The translations under genes were made by a program, and so were the position numbers. DNA of 64,000 nucleotides from Callorhinchus milii (taxonomy: Eukaryota): positions 12,092,001 to 12,156,000 of the forward strand of contig NW_024704742.1 in the NCBI RefSeq assembly GCF_018977255.1, written 5' to 3'. The notes under the pieces were generated by a model. The model saw only the letters and a program-made list of their open reading frames with translations, was not told where the DNA came from and made no database searches. Below are positions 26,440-37,154 of this stretch, piece after piece; the first letter of the stretch is position 1; each line of letters opens with the position of its first letter.

Positions 26440-27511
26440 TGTTTGCCTAGCATTAAATAGGAACCCGGTTGTTAGTCGATTGGCTCTTCTGGCGATAATA
26501 ATTCCTTCAAAGTAAGTCAAAATAATTTGGTCACACAATCCACAACTGTTTGTGGGACACTGCTGTGAGCAATTAGCTGCCACGTTTTGTCCGCAAAATA
26601 TATACTCAATTCACTTTACTGTATATTCTGTGAAGCGCTTTGAGACATCTCGAAGACATGATATGGCGTATATCAAATGCAAAGATAATTATTATACCTG
26701 TTCAGTTTTTGGGGGTATTATTCTATTACAGTCCTCAGGCAGGGAATTATTATCATCCAAAATCAATTAATGTAGCCTCTATATCTCATCTTCCCCATAC
26801 AGCACAGGATTTTGTGGAGGCGCTGGGAAATTTAATTTGTGTAGTTCTGTGGGTGACCTGGAGATAAATGGTTTCTTGTTTTATATAAATACGGCAAACT
26901 CAGGAATGCTTTTTTCCCATCTTTGCCTCAATGTCCTCTTCACCCTACACCACAACAAAAGCCACTCAAATCCTTGTTAGCCCCACCTAACCCTCCCCCA
27001 CTCCCTGGTTCTGCTGCCAAAGCTAATTCAGATCAGGTCCCAGCTCCTCCGCACCATTATCAATAGCCAAATCTTCAGTTATCTCACCCTTAGCCTGTGG
27101 AACTTGCTCCTTCTAACCTTCAAGCTAACTATCTATCTCTCTTTACAGGACTTGTGGAGTACTGTAGTGTAGTGTTTGGAGCATTTGTTTCGCAAGCGAA
27201 AGGACCTGGGTTTGATTGCCAGGCAGCGAGAAACATTGGGCAATTTTCCTTACGCCTCTCTTTACCAAGCATAAGTAGGAACTCGGTTGTTATTCGCTTT
27301 TCTGATGGTAACAATCCCTTCAGAGTAAATAAAAATAATTTTGTCACACAATCTGCGACTGTTTGTGGGACACTGCTGTGAGCAATTGGCTGCCACATTT
27401 CGTCCACAAAATATAGTCAATTCACTTTACAGTATATTCTGTGAAGCACTTTGAGACGTCTCGAAGACATGATATGGCACTACATCAAACGCAAGGATTA
27501 TTATTATTATT
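26440..27511 (+). repeat. Tandem copies of a composite unit (SINE 3' half, segment B, decayed-L2 segment A, SINE)
   Basis: Segments A (~26900-27152) and B (~26695-26875) and the SINE align with 63030-63845. Confidence 0.85.
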
Positions 27512-28390
27512 AGTGTGTTGACACTTCCTCCAAGTTTTGTGTCATCCGCGAATTTAGATGTATTATCTTCGATGTCCTCATCTAGATCGTTGATGTAGGT
27601 GGTAAATAGCTGAGGCCCAAGTACTGATCCTTGTGGCACTCCACTAGTCACATCCTGCTAATCTGAAAAGGACCCGTTTATCCCTACTCTTTGTTTCCTA
27701 CCCGTTAACCATTCCCCAATCCACGTTAATATGCTCCTCCCAATTCCATGGGCCCTTATCTTTTCGACTAACCTTTTATGCGGCACCTTATCGAATGCCT
27801 TCTGGAAGTCCAAATAGACCACATCCACTGATTCACCCTCATCAAGTTTACTGGAAATATCCTCAAAAAACTCTGAGATTCGTCAAACATGACTTCACTT
27901 TTGTAAAACCATGTTGACTTGGCCTAATTATATTGTGCTCCCCCAAATACTGCACTAAACATCCTTAATCAATGATTCTAAAATTTTTCCTATCACTGAT
28001 GTGAGACTAACTGGCCTATCTTTTCCATCTTTTCCTTTCCACCTTTTTTAAATAGTGGTGTGACATTTGCGATCTTCCAATCCATGGGGACTGTTCCAGA
28101 ATCCAAAGAATTTTGGAAGATCAGACATAAGGCCTCCACTGTCTCATAAGCTCCTCTTTTAAAACCCTGGGATGCAAGCCATCCGCACCAGGGGATTTGT
28201 CACTTTTTGGTGCTAACAGTTTCCCTAGCACCAATTCTCTACTAATGAAAATTTCCCTGAGTTTCTCCCTGTCCTTATCCCTTTGGTGCATCTCCATTGT
28301 TGGCAGACTTGTTGTGTCTTCTAGGGTGAAGACAGATGCAAAGTACCCATTCAGGGACTCTGCCACATCCTTATCCCCCATTACAACTTT
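27512..28390 (-). mobile_element. CR1 ORF2 fragment (RT)
   Basis: MGDKDVAESLNGYFASVFT...KSPGADGLHPRVLKE...[24 protein letters not shown]...[10 protein letters not shown]. Confidence 0.92.
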
Positions 28391-30240
28391 GATATGGCTG
28401 ACTTGCTAAATAAGTACTTTGCTACAGTTTTTACAGTAGAAGATGAGGACGAAATACCAAGCAAACAATTCCTTTGAACCTGAAAATAAGTTGAAAAGAA
28501 ATACTTAATAAATTAATATAAATAAAAAAATGGTGATGGAGAAAACAATGAGACTCAAAATAGACAAAATCTCCAGGATCTGACAGTTTCCACCCCAGGG
28601 TATTAAAGGAAATAGGAGAGGAAATTGCAGATGCATTGATCATGATTTTCCAAAGCTCACTAGATTCGGGAATTGTGCCCTTAGATTGGAAAATTACCAA
28701 TGTCACCCATTTATTTAGGAAGGGAGAGAGGAGAAACCAGGAAATTACAGAGCTGACGGTTTAACTTCAGATGTAGGGAAATTACTGGAATCCATCATCA
28801 GGGACAGAGTGACTGAACATTTGGAGAGGTATGAGCTTATCAAAGGGAGTCAGCATGGGTTTGTAAAGGGTAGGTCATGCCTAACTAATCTAGTTGAATT
28901 TTTTGAGGAAGTCACTAAAATGGTCGATAAGAGAGTGTCTATGGATGTCGTTTGCATGGACTTTCAGGAGGCATTTGATAAGGTTCCACACAAAAGATTA
29001 TTGGCAAAAATAGAAGTGCACGGAATCGGAGGTGACCTTGTGACGTGGCTTCGCAATTGGTTGGGAGGCAGAAAACAGAGGGTAGGGATTAAGGGAACGT
29101 TCTCTGATTGGGAGGACGTGACAAGTGGTGTCCCTCAGGGGTCTGTACTGGGACCTCAGCTTTTTGCCAGATACATAAATGATTTGGAAGAAGAAGTAGA
29201 AAGTTTATATCAAAGTTTGCAGATGGGAGGCTCAGCAAGTAGTGAAGATGGGAGTAGGAAGTTACAGATTAAGTGAGTGCATTGATCATGATTTTCAGCT
29301 GTATAGAGCATTAGTCAGACCCCACCTGGAGTACTGCATTGAGTTTTGGGCACCACACCCCAGGAAAGATACATTGGCCTTGGAGAGGCTGCACAGGTTC
29401 ACCAGAATGTTACCAGGCCAAAAAGGGTTAGGTTATGAGGAAAGGCTGTGTAAACTTAGATTGTATTCCCTCGAGTTTAGAAGATTGAGGGGTGATTTGA
29501 TAGAGGTTTTTAGGATGATAAATGGATTTGATAGGGTAGATGCAGAAAAGCTATATTCTATGTTGGGGGAGTGCAAAACAAGGGGGCATGGTCTTAAAAT
29601 TAGAACCAGCCCATTTAAGAGTGAACTTAGGAAGCATATTTTCACTCAAAGGGTGGTAGAAATCTGGAACTGTCTCCCACAAAAGGTTGTGGATGCTGGA
29701 TCCATCCACATCTTCAAGAAAGAGATTTACAGATTTTTGGTAGGTTGAGGTATTAAGGGATACAGGGAGAAAGCGGAAAATTGGATTTGAAATTCTAGTA
29801 AAGATATAGATCAGCCATGATCTATATGGGATAAATTATCTTTATCTGAGAGTCCTGTAGCTCAGCAGTTAGAGCACTCGCTTTGCAAGCGAGAGACCTG
29901 AGTTCAATTCCAGGCAGGACGAAACCTTGGGCAAGTTTCCTTACTCCACACGCCTAATAATAATCCCTCCAAACCAAAAACAATAATAAATTGGTCATTT
30001 TCAATCTACGACTGTTTGTGGGACATTGCTGTGCGCAATTGGCTGCCGCGTTCGCCCACAAATATACAGTCAATTCACTATACAGTGTGTTCTGTGAAGC
30101 GCTTTGGGATGTCCTCCCGACGTGAAAAGCGCTATATCAAATGCAAGGATTATTATTATTATTATCATTATGAGCTAATTAAATGGCAGAACAGGCTCGA
30201 AGGGCTGAATGGCCTACTCCTGTTCCTATGTTCCTATGTT
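28391..30240 (+). mobile_element. 5'-truncated CR1 with internal deletion and nested SINE (29850-30170)
   Basis: [45 protein letters not shown]; 3' end GAATGGCCTACTCCTGTTCCTATGTTCCTATG resumes after the SINE. Confidence 0.92.
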
Positions 30241-31794
30241 CATTTTTACAGAGTAAAGGTGATTTGACATTACTGCTGAAAGCTGAAGTACCAGTATTTC
30301 CTTGGCATTGTGGAACCCAGTGCTGACAAAAAAACAATTAACAAACTACAACTGTCAAATCACCCAATGGGGAGAAAGAGACAGAGTTTGCGAAACATTA
30401 TAAATCATGAGACCTTATGAATCATATCAGGGACATGGCTGCCATTTATCACTCCTGAAATAGCCTCCAGCTTCATTTAGTTAATATACAATCTTGCCAA
30501 ATTGCACCTAATATTGCCCAGAATTAGGTAAGGGTAAGGGTTTGTCCCTCCAAAGGCAGAGAGAGCATTCTATTCCAGGCATAGGGAAATGTCCATGTGT
30601 AAGTGGCATATATATGTGGAACTCTGTCTGGTTTGGATACTCTTAAGCATTGTGATGGACTTCAGACTGCAGCTGACCCCCATAGAAAGGAGTCGATGTG
30701 GGGCATAGTCTATTCTTACTGTCCCATGGTAGCTTTATGCATTTAAATTAATAATCATACTAGGTTCTACCTCCTATATTTCACAATGCAAGTTTGACCA
30801 TCTCATCTCCTTACTCTGTTCATCCTTGTCAGTTTGCTGCAAAAGATGTTTTGAGCAAAAGTGTGACTCTTAATCGTGCCCAACCTCATTAACCTGACAT
30901 TTGTTTCTTAAAGGGTGGTTCCCGGGAGATGGTTCTTATACATCTCACTGGCCAAGAGCAACATACACCTCAACTTCTTTGACCAGAAAATACAACAACT
31001 CAGGCACATCCCCTGCACTTGAAGGAATCAATCAAGTCTAATGCAAGATTATGTCACACACGACACCTTCCCCTAATTAAAGGGGAAGCATCAGGAAGTT
31101 TAGCAGTTCAAGTTCAAGATTTAAAAAGAGACTGGAACACAAAATAAATATTACAAGGGAGATCTGACCTAAGTAAAGCTAGGTGGGATGTAGGTGAAGG
31201 TGTTATTTTCTGTTGTTGGTACATTTACCAACTCTGACACTGTGAGAGGATTATTTTCTATATTTCCTGATTATTTTCATGAATTTCGAGAACATGGCAG
31301 TGGTGCTTATACAGCAAAGATACCATTATAAGTGCACGCTGCCAAGGTTGGTAACTTTGCTGACCAGCAGAGCCGAGTCCCCTTAACGCATTTATTAATT
31401 GCTTAAAGGTGTCTTCATTATAAGACTAGGAAATAAATTTATGAATGTGTATTTAATAATGGCCTTCACCTTCTCTCACAATGTGGAGAAAGTATTTAAC
31501 ATTTTAGAACTGAATTTATTTCACTTCATGTCTGTTTATGGAACATTGTTGGGTGCACATTGGTCATGTTGGCCCACAAAATACACAATTGCTGCACCTT
31601 TACAGTATATCCTGTGAAGCTTTGGGTTGTCCTCCTGAAATGAAATGTATGCCAAATGTAAAGAGATTCTTATTATTACTGAATCGGAGTTGATTGATTC
31701 AAACTTTCAAACAATTGAAATAATATGTGTTGGAGCCATTAAGCAATTGATCCTCTGTACACTGATGTTGTTTCTGACAGGTCTTTCCTCAGGT

Positions 31795-32270
31795 GTCTTC
31801 AAGATGTCTCAAAGTGCTTCACAAAATATACTGTAAATTGTAGTGACTGTATTTTGTGGGCGAAATGCGGCAGCGAATTGCGCACAGTAGTGTCCCACAA
31901 ACAGCCATGGAGTTAGTGACCAAAATATTTATTTATTTATTTTTGAAGGGGTTATCAACCCCCCCCAAAAAAAAAGTGATCTGCCAATCAACTAACAACC
32001 CAGTTCCTATTTACTGCTATGTAAGCAGAGGAAAAATACCTGAAGCAACATATTGTTGTTGCTAATACTTGGCTGTCAGGAATAGAGCAAGGCTTTCAGT
32101 GGTCAATATATAAACTGTATAGGTGTATTCAAGTAGGGTCAAATGGGGGTATAAGAGGGATTCAGTGACAATTTAGAAATGTGAGTGGACAAATAATAAT
32201 AATCCTTGCATTGATTTAGCGCTTTATCACGTCTTCAAGACGTCTCAAAGTGCTTCATAGAATATACTCT
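31795..32270 (-). mobile_element. SINE fragments (~31795-32025, ~32191-32270); the latter is the target of the large CR1
   Basis: SINE stops at AGAATATACTCT and resumes GAATTGACCTTATATTTGG after the CR1 tail. Confidence 0.75.
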
Positions 32271-35200
32271 AAATAACTTATTGATTAACTTAACGTATTG
32301 ATTAATCACTTGATTAGGCGTTAATTCCAAATTACTGTTGAGCAAATCAGAAATGGGTTGCACCCAGAAAGTATAAATAGAAGATAGCTGCGAGAGCCTG
32401 ACTCAAGCCGAGAGCCCAGAGTGAGCTACGTCCGGAGTGAGGCGAGGCCAGAGTGTGAGGGAATTTGGTGAGAGTAGGAATTAGGTGCAGAGGGGGAAGT
32501 GGGGGCAGGCTATATATCTTTGTATCTATATAAAGATTGTGAAGATGGTGTGGCAGGTAAACTTCGAGGTCTGTCACATGTGGGAGTCGATGGAGGGCGC
32601 CTTAAGCCTGGGCGACTTCATCTGCCGCAAGTGTCTGGAAATCAGGGAGCTTCAGCTAAGAGTAGCTGAGCTGGAAGCCCAGGTGCAAACACTGTGCTCC
32701 ATCAGGGACAGTGAGAGGTTGCTGGACAGTATGGTGGAGGAGACCCTCACTCCCCTAGGACTCAGTGATAGCAGTCTATCACTGTATAGGAACCATGAGA
32801 GAGGGGTACTGGAGCCATCGGGAGGTCAGAGTTCAGGAACAGGACCACTCCCAGAGGAGCCCAACACACAGCCACATGCTAAAAGTGATTGGGTGATAGT
32901 GCGACGGAGAAAGAAGAGGGCTTCTACAAGGCAGAGCACCCCAGAGGGCCCGACAACAGAATCGATCTGGTTAGAGGTCAGAAATAGGAAAGGAGTGGTT
33001 ACACTGATAGGGGTTTACTATAGACCACAAGACAGCGGGAAGGAGATAGAAGAGCAGATCTGCATCCAGATCACGGACAGATGTAGGGCGAACAGAGTTG
33101 TCATAATGGGGGATTTCAATTATCCCAATATAGATTGGCAAAATAGCAGCGTTAAGGGCAAGGCAGGAGAAAGATTCATATTATTAGGTGCAATTTGGCA
33201 AGATTGTATATTAATTGTGTACAGGAAAATTTTCTTGAGCAGTATGTCTCCAGTCCTACAAGGAAGGAAGCATTGCTGGATCTTGTCCTAGGGAATGAAG
33301 TAGGTCATGTTGAACAAGTTTCGGTAGGGGAGCATCGAGGTAACAGTGACCATAATATTATTAGATTTAGATTACTCATGAACAAGGACAAAGTACAGTC
33401 AAGGGTGAAAATGCTTGACTGGAAAAGAGCTAATTTTGATGGGCTAAAGAGGGACCTAGAGTTGGTGGACTGGCAAGTAAGAATGGCAGGTAAAATGACT
33501 CATGAGCAATGGGAAATCTTCAAAGATACGATAGCTCAGGGTCTAAATAGATATATTCCCACAAAAGGGAAATGTGCGAGAACCAAGCCAGCCTGGATGA
33601 CCAGGGATATTCTGTCTAGGATGAAAAAGAAGAAGATGGCGTACGACAATTGACGGATGCAAGACACTGAGGATAGCAAAGCGCATTATAGAGAATGCAG
33701 GAGTGATCTTAAAAGAGTGATAAGACAGGCTAAAAGATCGCATGAGAAGAGGTTAGCGGGTAACATAAAGGGGAATCCTAAAATATCTTATATGCACATA
33801 AAGGAAAAAAAGTTAGTTAAAGGTAGGGTGGGGCCAATCAAAGACAATGACGGCAATCTTGTTGTGGAGGCTGACGTACTAAACGAGTACTTTGCATCTG
33901 TCTTCACAACGGAAACGGATGCCCCAAATGCCACAGTATTGGATGAGAGGGTAGAGGACATAGATCAGATTACTACAGACAGAGCGGAAGTTCTGAAAAG
34001 ATTGACTGGGCTCAAAATTGATAAGTCACCAGGACCAGATGGGTTTCACCCAAGGTTGCTGTGGGAGATACGGGTTCAAATAGCGGAGGCTTTGGCCATT
34101 ATATTTCAATCGTCATTGGACACAGGAGTGGTGCCAAGAGACTGGAGAGTGGCTAATGTTACCCCACTCTACAAAAAGGGGCAGAAAGACAAGCCCGGAA
34201 ATTACAGGCCAGTCAGCCTAACTTCGGTAATAGGAAAGCTACTGGAGACCGTAATCCGGGACAAAATAAATCTCTACTTAGAGGAACACGAGGTAATTAG
34301 AGACAGCCAACATGGATTTGTTAAAGGCAAATCTTGCCTAACAAATCTAATAGAATTTTTTGAAGAGGTGACTGCGAGGGTTGATGAGGGAAATGCGGTG
34401 GACATTATTTACATGGATTTTAAAAAGGCTTTTGACACAGTACCGCATAAGAGGTTAATAAAAAAACTGGAGGCCCACGGTATTAAGGGGACAGTAGCCA
34501 AACGGATTAGGAACTGGCTGAGTGACAGAATGCAGAGGGTAGTGGTTTAATGGGTGTTTCTCGCAATGGAAGGAGGTGTGCAGCGGTGTCCCCCAGGGAT
34601 CGGTATTGGGACCACTGCTCTTTCTAATATATATTAATGATCTGGACTTGGGCATAGAGAGCACTATTTCCAAGTTTGCAGATGATACCAAGTTAGGTAG
34701 GGTAGTAAATAGTGAAGAAGATTGTGACGGACTGCAGGCAGACATACACAGAATGGTGGAATGGGCTGACATGTGGCAGATGGATTTCAATGCAGATAAG
34801 TGCGAGGTGATATACTTAGGTAGAAAAATGATAGGAGGCAATATAGGCTTGGTAGCTCAATCTTAAGGGGGGTGAACATACAGAGAGATCTGGGCGTTCA
34901 AGTAAGCGATTCATTGAAGGTGGCAGAGCAAGTAGATAGGGCAGTAAAAAGGGCATTTGGTGTACTGAGCTTCATTAGTAGGGGCATAGAGTATAAGAGT
35001 AGGGAGGTTATGCTTAATCTGTACAAAACACTGGTTAGGCCTCAGCTGGAGTACTGCGTCCAGTTCTGGGCACCTTACCTCAGGAAGGACATTAAGGTAC
35101 TGGAAAGGGTGCAGAGGAGATCTACGAGAATTATATCAGGAATGGGGAAGCTTAGGAATGAGGACAGGCTGGAGAAGTTAGGACTTTTCCCATTAGAGCA

Positions 35201-35609
35201 GAGAAGGTTACACGGGGACCTGATAGAGGTCTTCAAGATCATGAAAGGTTTCGACAGGCTAGATAGGGAAAAGCTGTTTCCGCTGGTAGGTGTGTCTGTG
35301 ACCCGTGGTCACAGTCTTAAGATATCTACCAAAACAAGCAGAGGGGAGGTTAGAAGAAATTTTTTCACTCAGCGAGTTGTTATAATTTGGAATGATCTGC
35401 CCGAAAGGGCAGTGAAGTCAGATTCGGTAACAGCTTTTAAGAGAGAACTGGATAGGTATCTGGGGAAGACGGGTTTGCAGGGTTATGGGGAGAAAACTGG
35501 TGAGTGGGGTTAATAAAAGTCAGTTGCTCTGTCAAAGAGCCGGCACAGACTTGATGGGCCGAATGGTCTCCTTCTGTGCCGTAATATTCTATGATTCTAT
35601 GATTCTATG
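32271..35609 (+). mobile_element. Near-full-length CR1 LINE with 5' UTR, partial ORF1, APE endonuclease and RT; internally deleted and inactivated
   Basis: ORF1-like CHMWE...ICRKC plus heptad LQLRVAELE; APE motifs GVYYRP, MGDFNYP, LDLVL, SDH; RT motifs [25 protein letters not shown]; (ATTCTATG)3 tail. Confidence 0.95.
32545..35513 (+). pseudogene. Disrupted CR1 ORF1-ORF2 coding region (endonuclease/reverse transcriptase)
   Basis: Split across ORFs 32485..33291, 33195..33653, 33657..34550, 34576..34866 and 34872..35513 by an insertion near 33180-33210, a TGA at 33651 and frameshifts. Confidence 0.9.
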
Positions 35610-35754
35610 AATTGACCTTATATTTGGGGTTACAATGGGCTCAAATCTAAATGAAATGGAGCATAATCTTTTCTTGTCTTGCACAACTACCAAAATTTAA
35701 TTTCTAGAATGTGACAGCAAACGTAGAGTTGAAGTTCAACACTGGCTGGTCAGA

Positions 35755-36580
35755 GTTCATCCAGAGGATACAGTTCAAGATCTTGGTCCTCACCTTTAAA
35801 GCCCTCCGTGGCCTTGCTCTCCTCCACTTCTGTGACCTCCTAACCTCCTTCCAACCCTCTCTCTACTCAGCAGGCACCAGCCTGCTTCACATCCCCTGCC
35901 TCACCCATCCCATCATTGGTGGGATGGTCTTCAGTTACTCTGTCCCCACACTCTGTAATTCCATCCCACAGTCCCTCTACCTTGCCCCCACACTTGCCTC
36001 CTTCAAGACCCATCTGAAGGCCCTCCTCTTCGACCGTGCTTTCGATCACCCTCTTTCGCCTCCTGCTCTCCACCCTCCCCAATCCTGACCCCCAGCTCGG
36101 GTCTGAAAACTGAATGTCCAGTGCCTTGGGACGTTCTCCCAACATGAAAGGCGCTATACAAATTTAAATTTGTCGCTGTTGTTTTATAATATTATCCACT
36201 CAGAGTTGGAACTTGAATAGGCTGAAGTGACTATGTTCCACAAACATAACAGGTTCTGAGATAAAAGCTACCTCTGAGTTACAGAACACAAACTTGTGAA
36301 ACTGTTTACTTGGTGGAGACAGCAAATTTTGTGCTGCTGTTATTATGACAACAACAACAACAACAACAAGATTCCATTTATAAAGCGTCTTTCACGTCAG
36401 GAGGACGTCCCAAGGCGCTGCACAGTTGGGTCATGACCCGAGCAGGGGGGAAATGGTCAGGGTGAGGGGAGGGAAGGGAGGGGGCGAGGAGGGGGGAAAT
36501 GGTCAGGGGGAGGGGAGGGAAGGGAGGGAGCGAGGAGGGGGAAGAGAGTCGAGAGGGGAGCTGAAGGCTCGGTCAAAGAG
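35755..36580. mobile_element. Two L2 3' fragments, tail to tail: ~35755-36185(+) and ~36348-36580(-)
   Basis: IQRIQFKILVLTFKALRG; GGGACGT stem-loop tails; (CAA)n at ~36348-36368. Confidence 0.85.
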
Positions 36581-37154
36581 AAGCAACGGTACCAAGAAAC
36601 AAGTTTAACATGTTCAGGTCTGGAGTTAGGGTTTGAATTTGAGTCAGCAACTGTTGTGATCCCAATTTAATTTCATTGTTCTAGCTAATCATAATTGATC
36701 CTGAATCAGTGAGCTTTGAGTATGTGGCCTAATTTTAAAAGCAGTATCTGCAGCAAATGTTCTTATCAATTTTTTAAATTAGTTAGGATTAGGGTTAAAA
36801 TTAAAATGTATTTTTGAGCTGTATTTTGAGTCGCTGCCTTCAATCAATGCAAATCATGTACACCCGCTTTCTCCCTCCCCCACCCACAAAAAGTGGGCAC
36901 ACATTTTGGGGAGGGGATTTTTTTGTTTTGCCTGAACTTGACATAATTTAAAGTATCATTAACAGAAACCAATACTCTATATATACCATTAAAACATGAA
37001 TGTCACCTCCTAGTTATATTTCAAATTACAGAAGGATCTCAACAGGCTCCAATATATATGATTTGCCAAGGAACCAGCCTGATATGAAACCTTTAGTGGC
37101 ATTGCAAAATATGTGAAAGCTACATCCTTTCATGTAATCCAGGGCAATTTCTTT

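Noticed and set aside
27512..29270. Twin-priming 5' inversion of a single CR1
   Set aside because: The two arms cover the same ORF2 interval and are clearly diverged, so they are different copies
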